From NCBI GenBank assembly GCA_017504125.1, contig JAFVRT010000246.1, positions 1 through 42,501 of the forward strand: a stretch of 42,501 nucleotides of DNA. The letters run 5' to 3'. Below the pieces are notes generated by a model. The model was not told the DNA's origin, did no database searches, and worked only from the letters and a program-made list of their open reading frames with translations. Source of the stretch: Lentisphaeria bacterium (GTDB lineage Bacteria > Verrucomicrobiota > Lentisphaeria > Victivallales > Victivallaceae). Below are positions 1 through 8,350 of this stretch, in pieces. A program made the translations under genes and the position numbers. Position 1 is the stretch's first letter, and every line of letters begins with the position of its first letter.

Positions 1-1691
1 ATCCGGGCGGCTTCAGCCTGTGCTTCGGGCAATGTTTTGATCTTGTATGCTTCGGCATTGAGGATCGCAGTTTCACGCTGTTCCATGGCTCCGATGACCT
101 CCTGATAAGCCGGAGCCACTTTTTCAATCGGCGGATGTGCATCAAGGATCAGAAGTGTTTCCACCTGAATACCCAGTTTGTTTTTGTCTGCCAGTTCCTG
201 TACCCGTTTCATGATGGCTGTCTGGGCTTCCAGACGGCGTGATGACATGAGCTCCATCATGGAAGTACTGGCCAGATATTCTGTCGCAGCCTGCTGTCCG
301 ATGCGGCGCAGATTATAGATCGGATTGGAATTGGTATAAGCGTAGTCAAAAACATTTTTGATACGGTACTGGATCGGCATGGTAAGGCGGATGAAAGAAA
401 TCGAAGGAGCCGCACCTGCATCGGTATTGCCCTGAGTGCCGGAGGGTTTTACTGCCACAAGGAAGTTGCTGTCTTCGCCGCCGCCGTGAGCTTTGGTCCA
501 GAGGACAGTTTCTGAAATTTCCGAATTGCGCTTGGTTCCGGCTTTGTGGCTTTCATCATCTGAACGGTTTTCATCTCCGGTGGACTTTTCACCGATGACG
601 ATCTGCTTCAATTCTGTGGTGCTGAAGGTGTTGACTGTACCGAACGGCCAGGGAAGACTCCAGTAGATACCCGGAGCAAGCAGTTTCTTTTCGATCTGAC
701 CGAGAGTTTCGCGTACCCCGACTTTGCTGGGGCCGACTTCGTGCAGCGAGGAGAAAAAGAGGAAGAAGATCACCACCAGAAACACCAGCGGAAAAAATGA
801 ACGCTCCACAAATCCGTAAAGCCAGGTACCGGAAACTTTGAAGCCGAACTGATAATCCAGCGCGGCAGCGATATTACGCATAACGCCTCCCGGTTCCGTA
901 AAGAGAGCCAGCAGACGGCTTTCAAATACCGGACGGTTCTCCTTCAGGGTTCTGGGGCGGTAGAATTCTATGATGAAATTGGTTACAAACTCCGCACCGA
1001 GTATGATAAAGATCCAGAAAAACACCCTGGCGACCGCCATATCGGCACTCAAGATGTTATTGGCATGCAGCAGGGCTGTAACAGTAGCAGCGGCCATGAC
1101 TGCAAACCCGGCAATGAGCCATGACCCCACGGGCCGCAGCCAGCGGAATGAGTCACTGCGGGACTGACCGACATAAAAAGCTCCGATAAAGATATTGAGC
1201 AGCATCACTATTATTGCAATAAGCGCAGTAAAAAGAGCATTGCCGCCCATGCTTACGGTTCCGGCCTGCCGGACGGCCCAGGCTGAGTTGAAGTAAAAAA
1301 GGAATCCACCGGTAACCAGAGCCCCTACCAGAGCCATGGCATAAGGAGCAAAACGGCAGTAGTTTTCGAATGAGCGTCCGGCTGTGAAGCGGACATCCTC
1401 CTCAACATTGAGAGCGCGGTTTTCGCTGTTTCCCCGTTCTGCGAGCAGCTGCTTTTCTTCTTCTTCCAGACCGGCCTGAGTGGCAAGCATACCGTAGATC
1501 AATGCACCGAAGCTGAAGATCGCCGACAGGGAATATGTTATAAGCCCGAAACGGAACACATCTCCGCCGCGCATCGCACCTATCACCGCGGTAAGAATCA
1601 GAAAACAGAGTGAAAAAATCAATCCTACCACAGCCAGTTTGGTCATCAACCGGCCGTTATCTATAGACACCTGAATACTTGTTTTTGTCAC
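1..1691 (-). CDS. SPFH/band-7 (HflK/HflC-like) membrane protein with a long polytopic N-terminal domain; partial, the 3' end runs off the window
   Basis: Absent from the ORF track because there is no stop inside the window. My manual minus-strand translation from GTG at 1691 stays open to base 1 (563 codons). AGGAAG lies about 9 nt upstream, and an in-frame TAA at 1718-1716 closes the frame just upstream. About 270 hydrophobic residues come first, then LAPGIYWSLPWPFGTVNTFSTTELKQIVIG and ILDAHPPIEKVAPAYQEVIGAMEQRETAILNAEAYK, which look like an SPFH core. An alternative ATG start is at 1646. Confidence 0.7.
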   Translation of the reverse strand, partial: MTKTSIQVSIDNGRLMTKLAVVGLIFSLCFLILTAVIGAMRGGDVFRFGLITYSLSAIFSFGALIYGMLATQAGLEEEEKQLLAERGNSENRALNVEEDVRFTAGRSFENYCRFAPYAMALVGALVTGGFLFYFNSAWAVRQAGTVSMGGNALFTALIAIIVMLLNIFIGAFYVGQSRSDSFRWLRPVGSWLIAGFAVMAAATVTALLHANNILSADMAVARVFFWIFIILGAEFVTNFIIEFYRPRTLKENRPVFESRLLALFTEPGGVMRNIAAALDYQFGFKVSGTWLYGFVERSFFPLVFLVVIFFLFFSSLHEVGPSKVGVRETLGQIEKKLLAPGIYWSLPWPFGTVNTFSTTELKQIVIGEKSTGDENRSDDESHKAGTKRNSEISETVLWTKAHGGGEDSNFLVAVKPSGTQGNTDAGAAPSISFIRLTMPIQYRIKNVFDYAYTNSNPIYNLRRIGQQAATEYLASTSMMELMSSRRLEAQTAIMKRVQELADKNKLGIQVETLLILDAHPPIEKVAPAYQEVIGAMEQRETAILNAEAYKIKTLPEAQAEAAR

Positions 1692-1732
1692 TTTGGGCTT
1701 CCTTTCATTGGCTTTTTATACACATTTGTTTA

Positions 1733-1761
1733 ATATTACACCTTTTTTCTTCAAAATACAA
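1733..1761 (-). promoter_or_regulatory. Candidate sigma70-like promoter for the SPFH gene (TTGTAT-17-TAATAT)
   Basis: Minus-strand reading: -35 TTGTAT (1761..1756), 17-nt spacer, -10 TAATAT (1738..1733). It sits in the 85-nt gap between smpB and the SPFH start. It matches the consensus less well than the other promoters. Confidence 0.3.
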
Positions 1762-1776
1762 GCGGTTATAAAAATT

Positions 1777-2259
1777 TTATTGATTTTTTTTGTTGAAATT
1801 TGCCATCACCCGCTTGATTTCACGATCCGAATCCCGTTTTTTGATATCTTCACGGCGATCATATTCATGCTTACCCTGAGCAAGTCCGAGTTCAACCTTG
1901 ATCAAGCCGCCTTTCAAATAAAAAGAAAGGGGGATCGCAGCATGCCCTCTCACCGCCAGATGACGGTGCAGAGTGTTTATCTCCTTTTTGTGGAGCAGCA
2001 GACGGCGCATTCTCCGGACATCATGATTGAAACGGTTGCCGAAGTCATAGTGGGAAATATGCACATTCCTCAGCCATGCTTCCCCCCGTTCCACAGTAAT
2101 GAAGCCTTCCTGCAGCTGAATGGCCCGTTCACGGCAGCTTTTCACTTCGGTCCCGGAAAGCTGTATTCCTGCCTCAAACCGCTGCAGTATGGCATAATCG
2201 TGCAGAGCTCTGCGGTTGGAGGCCAATTTAGGGTCATCATTTTTCTGCTTTTTTGCCAT
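1777..2259 (-). CDS. smpB: SsrA-binding protein SmpB
   Basis: 160-aa ORF. NRRALHDYAILQRFEAGIQLSGTEVKS ... LLLHKKEI ... IPLSFYLKGGLIKVELGLAQGKHEYDRREDIKKRD matches the SmpB family end to end. It starts 3 nt after the dnaJ stop. Confidence 0.95.
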   Translation of the reverse strand: MAKKQKNDDPKLASNRRALHDYAILQRFEAGIQLSGTEVKSCRERAIQLQEGFITVERGEAWLRNVHISHYDFGNRFNHDVRRMRRLLLHKKEINTLHRHLAVRGHAAIPLSFYLKGGLIKVELGLAQGKHEYDRREDIKKRDSDREIKRVMANFNKKNQ

Positions 2260-2262
2260 AGC

Positions 2263-3414
2263 TCAATCCTTATCGGCCAGAAATGCTCCGGCATTGGCAA
2301 CAAAGGAATTATGAAGCGGGGTATTGCCTTTTTCCAGAGTTTCATTGAATTTTTCCAGCAATTCCTGCTGTTCTTTGCTCAGGTTCACCGGAGTTTCTAT
2401 CACCAGACGCACATGCAGATCTCCGCGGCCGTTCCCGCGCATCGACGGAACGCCCTTTCCGGCCAGACGCAGGATCCGGCCATGCTGGGAACCTTTGGGG
2501 ATCATGATCGTCGTCTTGCCCGAAATCGTAGGAACATCAAGTTTTCCGCCCAGAGCAGCCACGCTGAAAGGAACCGGAACTTCACAGATAAGGTCATTGC
2601 CCTCACGGTGGAAGATCCGGCTGGGCCGGACGGTAAGATAGATGTAAAGATCACCGGGAGCTCCGCCCCGTTCACCGGCATTGCCCATTCCGGAAACCCG
2701 GAGCTGATTTCCGCTGTCCATTCCGGGGCGGATACGGATCTTTACCGGCTCCACCACCTGCTTGCGGCCGGAACCGCTGCAGCTGCGGCACGGTTTATCG
2801 ATAGTATGTCCCTTGCCTCCGCAGGCCCGGCAGGTCTGCCGCACGCTGAAAAAGCCCTGTGAAACAGTTTCCACACCAGCACCGCCGCAACGGGTACAGT
2901 TCTTTTTGGTCGCTCCTTCAGCTGCTCCGGAGCCTTTGCAGTCCGGACAGGATACCAGATGTGGTATCTGCAGTTCTTTTTCCGCGCCATACATCGCATC
3001 TTCAAAGTCGATAGTCAGATCGTAACGCAGATCTTCGCCCTGGACCGGAGCATTGGGATTACGGCGGCGGCCGCCGCCTCCGCCGAAAAGATCTTCAAAG
3101 TTGAATCCGCCGCTGAATCCGCCGCCGCCGCCGCCAAAAAAGGCGTTGAAAATATCCTGCGCGTGGTTGAAATCCGCACCGCCTCCGCCGCCGGAGCTGG
3201 TATATGCCTCGTGACCGAACTGGTCGTAACGGCTGCGTTTCTCAGGATCGCTCAAGACCTCGTAAGCGGCAGAGATCTCTTTGAATTTTTCTTCGGCTTC
3301 TTTGTTTCCGGGGTTTTTATCCGGATGATATTTGATCGCCAGCTTGCGGTACGCTTTTTTTATGTCATCTGCGGAAGCGTTTTTAGCCACTCCCAACTGT
3401 TCATAGTAATCCAT
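2263..3414 (-). CDS. dnaJ: Molecular chaperone DnaJ (type I: J domain, G/F region, 4x CxxCxGxG zinc finger)
   Basis: 383 aa. Contains DYYEQLGV...[16 protein letters not shown] (HPD motif), a Gly/Phe-rich linker, and CPDCKGSG / CTRCGGAG / CRACGGKG / [14 protein letters not shown] lies upstream, inside the grpE 3' end. Confidence 0.97.
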   Translation of the reverse strand: MDYYEQLGVAKNASADDIKKAYRKLAIKYHPDKNPGNKEAEEKFKEISAAYEVLSDPEKRSRYDQFGHEAYTSSGGGGGADFNHAQDIFNAFFGGGGGGFSGGFNFEDLFGGGGGRRRNPNAPVQGEDLRYDLTIDFEDAMYGAEKELQIPHLVSCPDCKGSGAAEGATKKNCTRCGGAGVETVSQGFFSVRQTCRACGGKGHTIDKPCRSCSGSGRKQVVEPVKIRIRPGMDSGNQLRVSGMGNAGERGGAPGDLYIYLTVRPSRIFHREGNDLICEVPVPFSVAALGGKLDVPTISGKTTIMIPKGSQHGRILRLAGKGVPSMRGNGRGDLHVRLVIETPVNLSKEQQELLEKFNETLEKGNTPLHNSFVANAGAFLADKD

Positions 3415-3419
3415 GATCG

Positions 3420-4025
3420 TTATTCCTCCTTCTTTTCTTCTTCAGCAGCGGCACCGGAAGAAACCACCACTCTGGCCGGACGGATAACTTTTTCGCCCAA
3501 TTTGAATCCGCAATTCCATTGCTTGACGACAACTCCTTCGGGGATCTCGTCAGAAACTTCACGGGCAACGGCATCGTGCAGTTCCGGATCAAACTTTTCG
3601 CCTTTGGCATCAAACGGTTTGAGGCCGAGTTCATCAAAGGCCTTGCGGTACTCGCCGATGATCATTATGAGCCCCTGACGGATCGCTTCGACATTGTCGC
3701 TCTGATTGGCGGCAGTTTCCGCCATGGCAAGAAAATCGTAAACGGTCATAAAAGGCTGAACTGTATCTTCGACAGCAAAGCGTCTGGAATCAGCGATCTC
3801 TTTGGCCATCCGTTTACGGTAGTTTTGATATTCAGCCTGAAGATAGATATATTTTTCCTGCAGCGCAGCCAGTTCAGCAGCCGGATCGGCACTCTTTTTT
3901 TCTTCCGCCTCCGGAGCTTTATCTTCATTTTTTTCTGTTTCAGGAGCAGTTTCTTCTTTCACCTCATTTGCGGAAGTGTTTTCATTGTCCTGAACAGCCT
4001 TTTCTTTATCTTTATCGTTTTTCAT
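3420..4025 (-). CDS. grpE: Nucleotide exchange factor GrpE
   Basis: 201 aa. An acidic/Lys-rich N-terminus is followed by [22 protein letters not shown]...FDPELHDAV...[22 protein letters not shown], typical of GrpE. It lies 5 nt upstream of dnaJ, and there is no dnaK between them. Confidence 0.93.
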   Translation of the reverse strand: MKNDKDKEKAVQDNENTSANEVKEETAPETEKNEDKAPEAEEKKSADPAAELAALQEKYIYLQAEYQNYRKRMAKEIADSRRFAVEDTVQPFMTVYDFLAMAETAANQSDNVEAIRQGLIMIIGEYRKAFDELGLKPFDAKGEKFDPELHDAVAREVSDEIPEGVVVKQWNCGFKLGEKVIRPARVVVSSGAAAEEEKKEE

Positions 4026-4071
4026 GATTCGTATGTATACTCCCTGCCTGTACCTTAGTATTCAAATAAAT

Positions 4072-4100
4072 AATATACACCATTATTACAACAATTTCAA
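4072..4100 (-). promoter_or_regulatory. Candidate promoter of the grpE-dnaJ-smpB operon (TTGAAA-17-TATATT)
   Basis: Minus-strand -35 TTGAAA (4100..4095), 17-nt spacer, -10 TATATT (4077..4072), about 45 nt upstream of the grpE ATG. I saw no CIRCE-like inverted repeat (TTAGCACTC-N9-GAGTGCTAA) between 4026 and 4280. Confidence 0.45.
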
Positions 4101-4280
4101 ATCGCTCTTGCTCAGATCTCTTTTTTTTAAAATTTGCCGCCGATCCATGTTTTCATGCGGGTACGCACATTACGGTCATATCCGTTCAATTTGCTTTGAA
4201 CGACACATTATCAAGTTGTTACCATATTTTTTCCCGGCAGAAAAAAGTTTAAAAAAACTTGAATTTTTTTTAGTTTTTAC

Positions 4281-4309
4281 TTGAAATTACTTATTTCCGG
4301 CGTTATAGT
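4281..4309 (+). promoter_or_regulatory. Candidate promoter (TTGAAA-17-TATAGT) about 300 nt upstream of the RRM gene
   Basis: -35 TTGAAA 4281-4286, 17-nt spacer, -10 TATAGT 4304-4309. Phased A/T tracts precede it at 4241-4279. Confidence 0.45.
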
Positions 4310-4315
4310 TAAACA

Positions 4316-4472
4316 AATGGTATGATTTTTTCGCTTTTTTATAAGGTTTTCTGCTTTACGGTAAAGAATTTCTAACAATATTGCCGCCAGTTTCTGGATG
4401 GTATGTACGGAGTGCAGATGAGGAAGGCACTGCACACGGATGCCGGAGTAACTGGAATAACGGCGGTTTTGA
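4316..4472 (+). ncRNA. Candidate small structured RNA or terminating 5' leader (family unknown)
   Basis: The predicted transcription start is near 4316. A long imperfect hairpin spans 4381-4466. Its pairings are: base CCGCC 4384-4388 with GGCGG 4462-4466; CCAGTT 4387-4392 with AACTGG 4450-4455; TCTGG 4393-4397 with CCGGA 4443-4447; and apical GTGCAG 4412-4417 with CTGCAC 4430-4435. TTTTGATCTTTG follows immediately at 4467-4478. I could not match it to any known RNA family. Confidence 0.25.
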
Positions 4473-4607
4473 TCTTTGCGCAGAACGATTTTCCCCAGTC
4501 GCCTCATCATGGGTCTGCTTTTCCCCTACCGGAGAAAATTCTGTTCAAAGATTTCGAAAACAGTAGTCTATGGGAGTGCAGCAGATCCAGATTTTAGGGA
4601 GAAAAGG

Positions 4608-4871
4608 ATGAATATTTATGTAGGCAATCTGCCTTACAGCATCGACCGGGATGAACTGCGCGGCATCTTTGAACAGTATGGCGAAGTCAGTGCCGCCCGC
4701 GTGGTAACCGACCGGGAAACCGGTCGTTCCAAAGGTTTTGGTTTTGTTGAAATGCCCGATGCTGTTCAAGCACAAGCCGCCATTGATGCTCTCAATGGTA
4801 CTGAAATCGGCGGACGCAAGGCCGTTATCAACGAAGCCCGTCCCCGTGAGGAGCGTCCCCCCCGGCGTTAA
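4608..4871 (+). CDS. RRM-type (RNP-1/RNP-2) RNA-binding protein, 87 aa
   Basis: MNIYVGNLPYS (RNP-2) and KGFGFVEM (RNP-1). The ATG at 4608 is preceded by AGGGAGAAAAGG. The track ORF start at 4476 is an upstream extension with no RBS. Confidence 0.9.
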   Translation: MNIYVGNLPYSIDRDELRGIFEQYGEVSAARVVTDRETGRSKGFGFVEMPDAVQAQAAIDALNGTEIGGRKAVINEARPREERPPRR

Positions 4872-4882
4872 TTTTCTGCTGT

Positions 4883-4927
4883 AACGGAAAGTTTTAAACT
4901 GCGCGCGTATTCCGTTTATCTTTTTCT
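4883..4927 (+). terminator. Possible intrinsic terminator after the RRM gene
   Basis: AACGGAA 4883-4889 pairs with TTCCGTT 4910-4916. The 20-nt loop contains an AGTTT/AAACT sub-palindrome, and TATCTTTTTCT follows. The long loop makes this weak. Confidence 0.3.
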
Positions 4928-4990
4928 GCTGCCTCCTCAGCTGATAAAGAAAAACAGGGTACGCGTCAAGTTTTTTTATGGCAGGAACAT

Positions 4991-5866
4991 TCAATTGCAG
5001 AAGATATGGAAACGGCATTGTTCACAATGGTTCCGGTCTGCATAAAAGTCTTTTTCACAATAAATTCCGCTGCGCCCCGGAAACATCATTTGATCCAGAT
5101 CGTTTCTGATATTCCTCAACGCTCCGCTGAATGACTCCGGCAGCGGAGTTGCCTGCAGCACACCGTCTGCAATCACCCATGAACGCACCTTTTCAGGGGA
5201 AAGCCCATATTGATTCATGGCGTAAAGACAGTGCAATGCAGTGCGTTCATCACTTGCCGGAGAAATTTCCACAATATTCAGAAATCCCTCCTGCAGCCAA
5301 ATCGCAGCCGGAGCACAAAAACATTTTATTTCTCCGAAATCCACCGGCAGCGGCATTGGAAAAAACAACCGTTGTTCCACAGGAACAGAGAGAATGATCT
5401 GCAGCGCATTCTGCTGCCACAGTTCAGCATTGCGCCTTACTGCGGCGCACAACTCCGACTTCAGCTGTATATGATTTGCACCCGGCAAGGTAAGTTCACG
5501 GAGCAGGAGTATCTTGTGATCAAACTCGCCGCGGCCCAGCAGCATATCTGACAATTCCCTTTGAAGCAACGCTTCCACTTGCGCCCGGAAAAACTCCGGA
5601 GTATCGCCGCCGCTGATAAAAAGTTCATACAGCACCGTCAACAGCAGATGGTTGATATATTCCGGCATATCCACCATGTTCCGCAGCCGGTGAAGCAGCC
5701 TTGCATCACGGTCTGCGTGGAGTTCGTGTCCACCGGCAGAACCGTAATAATGCAGAAAATACTCCCGCTGACAGCGGAAAAACATTTCACGCCGCCGTAA
5801 TGACCAGCTCAAAGGCCGCTGTTTCTCAGAAACTGCCAGAGCGGAGGTTTTGTCTTTTTCACTCAA
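4991..5866 (-). CDS. PD-(D/E)XK nuclease-superfamily protein, Cas4/AddB-like with a 4-Cys cluster
   Basis: 291 aa. N-terminal FFRCQREYFLHYY (Cys32), and a C-terminal HCEQCRFHIFC giving C281-x2-C284-x5-C290, the Cas4/AddB Fe-S Cys pattern. The central GEIK...NIVEIS region sits where the D...ExK motifs are expected. Its start overlaps the upstream gene's stop by 4 nt (5863-5866). Confidence 0.55.
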   Translation of the reverse strand: MSEKDKTSALAVSEKQRPLSWSLRRREMFFRCQREYFLHYYGSAGGHELHADRDARLLHRLRNMVDMPEYINHLLLTVLYELFISGGDTPEFFRAQVEALLQRELSDMLLGRGEFDHKILLLRELTLPGANHIQLKSELCAAVRRNAELWQQNALQIILSVPVEQRLFFPMPLPVDFGEIKCFCAPAAIWLQEGFLNIVEISPASDERTALHCLYAMNQYGLSPEKVRSWVIADGVLQATPLPESFSGALRNIRNDLDQMMFPGRSGIYCEKDFYADRNHCEQCRFHIFCN

Positions 5867-8349
5867 TATACTCCACCCGGCAATGTTTTTCGCAATGCTT
5901 TGGAGTCCACCCAGCCTTCCCTGCCATTGATCCTGACGAGAGAAAATCCTGAGGGATCGCTGCGCAGCAATTCACCGTCCCCGCCTCCGGCAATGGTGGT
6001 TTCCACTTTGCCGGAACGCACTCCCGGCAATGTTCTCATTTCAATTTCGGGTGCAACAACGGTGATCCGGTTTTCTGAATAGGTCGAATTCAGCTGGGTA
6101 ACAGCACTGATGACCGAAATCATCATAAACAAAGCCAAACAACCGGCAAGTGAAAAAAATGTATTGCTGTTCAATTTGCGCCTGAAACTCCACAATATCC
6201 ATAGTGCGCCCCAGAAAAAAGATGCCAGCAGTATATGATTATCGCAGCGCAGCTGATCTCTCAGGGAGCGCAGCATGGCACTGAAAGAACCGCTGCGGTC
6301 TTCATTCTGAAACATCCTGGCATTGACTGAATCCAAATTGCTCCGGATCTCTCTGTCCCATGGACGGAGCAGCGATGCCAGCTGCAGAGCGTAACGGGCT
6401 TCCGGCAGATTTCCGAGATGATATTGGCAGTTTCCGTACTTATAAAGCATATCAGGACTGTATTTGTTCCCTTTGACAGCCGATTTCATATATCCGTCAG
6501 CGGCAGCCTTGTAGTTTCCCCGGTTGAATTCCTCATTCACTCCTGCCCCGGCAAGTGAAAACGCAGTTCCCGCCGCCAACAGCAGGAGGAAAAAGGTTTT
6601 CATCAACTTCACCAATGCCTTTTTGCCTGTGGCAGAAAGGGTTATCTCTGTATTTCCGGGAAGAAATGCGGCAGAATCCAGATCGGCAAAGTAGCGGCGC
6701 AGTTCCGGATCCTCCACATGGGTTGCGATCTCTCCGGCCGTGGCCCCGGCTGAAAGTCCCAGAGATTCTCCCAGCAGCGGGATAAGTTTTTCCCGGAACT
6801 CCGGCGTATCGCCATGTTTTTTCAGTTCTCTGACCAGTTCAGCCATTGTTTTTCCGACTTCCCGTTTTCTCTGTATTTCCGGTGAATTGCTTTCTCTTTC
6901 AATTTTTCTGAATCGTGATTCCAATATCAGGGCGATCACCGGAAAACCTGCGGCAAACAGGATCATCCAGAAAAGTGAATTGGCAACAAGTGGAGTTTTC
7001 ACCATACTGCCGGAAGCATTTTTCTGATAATGCATAGGCATTGCTCCGGTCGTTTCCGGTTCCGGACTTGCGGAGTCCGCAGGAGCTTTTACCGGAGGCG
7101 GCAGAACCGATTTTGCCGGTGCCGAAACAGCTATCCCCTTGGCAACAGCTGTTTTGAACACCAGTTCACGACTGTTCCACTTACCGGACACGGGATCAAA
7201 AGTTCCGGGACAGAGTTTGATTTCCCGTTCTCCAGGTTCCAGAGGTATTACGGCATATTTCACGCTCACCGAACCGGATTTTTTCACCACTTCAGGCGGA
7301 TAGACCCGGAATCCGGGCAATTCAAGACGGGGAGTGATAAATGAATCAGGCGAACCGCTTCCGGAAAAAAGGACCTTCAGTTCTGCAACTTCCCCCTGGC
7401 GCAATGAAGAACCGGAAACAGCACCGCTGATCTGCCATTTCCCCACCAGTCCGGTATTTATCACTCCGGCGGGGACCGGCGGCAAAGCCTTTATCTCAAC
7501 AACAGGAGCTTTTTTGAATTCCACAGTATAAGGCTCGACTCTGGCAGACGAAAAGAAGCTGTCGAAAAATCCATCTCCGAAAGGATCGCCGAAGGGATCT
7601 TCGTTCCTTCCGGAACGGCTCTGCACCACCCCGACTCTCATAACAGCACCGGGATCAAAAGGACCGGGTTTCAAAACCCGGCATACCGCAGTAAAGCGGT
7701 ACCGCAAAAAAGTACGGTCGTTTCCGGTGATCTGCTGAGGCCGTCCGGAAACAAAACGGACTTTGCCTCCGCGGACTTCCCAGGTGGTAAAAAGGGCGTT
7801 GCCGACATTCAGCAGCTCCGGATAGTAATTAACCCGGATCGCACCGGCGGCCCTTTCATCCACCAGCAGATCGCAATTCAAAGTGATCTCCTCGCCGGCA
7901 TACAGGGCAGAACGCGCCGGCAATATGGAAATAACCCCTTTGACAACATCGGAAATTTTCACACTTTTATCATTTTCACCGCCGGGAACTGTACGGTCAA
8001 GTACCCGGATCTTCACTCCAGGTGCCGAGGCGGTTTCTCCGCCTGCATGGACCTTGAAAGAAGGGATCGTAACACTCCCTGTCTTTTCAGGTGAAAGAGC
8101 AAGTATACGGATATAAGTTGTTTTTCCGTTTATGTTCCTCACCTGATTGTATTGGATATTTTTGGCCCACACAGCATCTTTGACCACCGGGAAATCTATG
8201 CGGCTGATCTTTTTATTTGAACTCAATGCAAGCTGGATATACTCTCCCATACGCACAGTCGGCCTTACAAGCTCCAAACTCACGGTCAATTCTGCGGCAA
8301 GGGGCAGAGAACATATCATAACGGCCAGGGTAAAAATCAGTTGTTTCAT
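5863..8349 (-). CDS. BatD-like protein fused to a BatE-like TPR + SH3 module (828 aa, membrane-anchored)
   Basis: Signal peptide MKQLIFTLAVMICSLPLAAE, then about 430 aa of a BatD-like beta-rich region. TM segments follow (LFWMILFAAGFPVIALIL; FFLLLLAAGTAFSLAG). Next come TPR-like repeats (NRGNYKAAADGYMKSA...YKYGNCQYHLGNLPEARYALQLA), two more TMs, and a C-terminal SH3-like LVRINGREGWVDSKAL. A 1-nt gap separates it from the upstream vWA gene. Confidence 0.7.
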   Translation of the reverse strand: MKQLIFTLAVMICSLPLAAELTVSLELVRPTVRMGEYIQLALSSNKKISRIDFPVVKDAVWAKNIQYNQVRNINGKTTYIRILALSPEKTGSVTIPSFKVHAGGETASAPGVKIRVLDRTVPGGENDKSVKISDVVKGVISILPARSALYAGEEITLNCDLLVDERAAGAIRVNYYPELLNVGNALFTTWEVRGGKVRFVSGRPQQITGNDRTFLRYRFTAVCRVLKPGPFDPGAVMRVGVVQSRSGRNEDPFGDPFGDGFFDSFFSSARVEPYTVEFKKAPVVEIKALPPVPAGVINTGLVGKWQISGAVSGSSLRQGEVAELKVLFSGSGSPDSFITPRLELPGFRVYPPEVVKKSGSVSVKYAVIPLEPGEREIKLCPGTFDPVSGKWNSRELVFKTAVAKGIAVSAPAKSVLPPPVKAPADSASPEPETTGAMPMHYQKNASGSMVKTPLVANSLFWMILFAAGFPVIALILESRFRKIERESNSPEIQRKREVGKTMAELVRELKKHGDTPEFREKLIPLLGESLGLSAGATAGEIATHVEDPELRRYFADLDSAAFLPGNTEITLSATGKKALVKLMKTFFLLLLAAGTAFSLAGAGVNEEFNRGNYKAAADGYMKSAVKGNKYSPDMLYKYGNCQYHLGNLPEARYALQLASLLRPWDREIRSNLDSVNARMFQNEDRSGSFSAMLRSLRDQLRCDNHILLASFFWGALWILWSFRRKLNSNTFFSLAGCLALFMMISVISAVTQLNSTYSENRITVVAPEIEMRTLPGVRSGKVETTIAGGGDGELLRSDPSGFSLVRINGREGWVDSKALRKTLPGGVY

Positions 8350-8350
8350 T

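Noticed and set aside
1693-2862. A 389-aa plus-strand ORF, plus similar long ORFs at 11160-12632, 15577-16581, 17803-18897, 19176-19916, 21418-22194, 23538-24314, 25287-25832, 28488-29231, 31403-32629, 34646-35311, 38650-39912, 40041-40622 and 41109-41594.
   Set aside because: Each lies antisense to a gene with unmistakable family motifs. Those I checked are in the codon-aligned frame. Their translations are low-information (rich in F/G/V/A/R), contain no motifs and lack SD sequences. They are shadow ORFs produced by avoidance of TTA/CTA/TCA codons.
4026-4280. An expected CIRCE (HrcA) operator or sigma32-type promoter upstream of grpE.
   Set aside because: I found no TTAGCACTC-N9-GAGTGCTAA-like inverted repeat and no CTTGAA-N13-15-CCCCAT pattern in the correct orientation. 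Only a housekeeping-type TTGAAA-17-TATATT promoter is present.
4322-4375. A Phe-rich 17-codon mini-ORF (MIFSLFYKVFCFTVKNF) followed by a terminator-like hairpin, which resembles a pheL-type attenuation leader.
   Set aside because: It has no SD sequence and would start about 6 nt from the predicted transcription start. The Phe codons are scattered rather than consecutive, and the downstream gene is not in aromatic amino-acid biosynthesis. I mention it under the leader finding only as a weak possibility.
4381-4470. Resemblance of GCAGATGA...GCCGGAGTAACTGG to the 3' strand of E. coli 4.5S (SRP) RNA.
   Set aside because: The conserved domain IV elements are absent on both strands: there is no GGAA tetraloop closed by a UCC/GGA helix and no AGCA symmetric-loop motif. 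The similar segment also sits at the hairpin apex rather than on the distal 3' strand.
4024-4597. Small ORFs in the grpE/RRM intergenic region (4024-4284 +, 4277-4510 -, 4381-4566 +, 4403-4597 +) and the extended RRM ORF start at 4476.
   Set aside because: None has an SD sequence, their composition reflects AT-rich or hairpin sequence, and they overlap the promoter or hairpin elements. The RRM domain begins exactly at the ATG at 4608, which has a good RBS.
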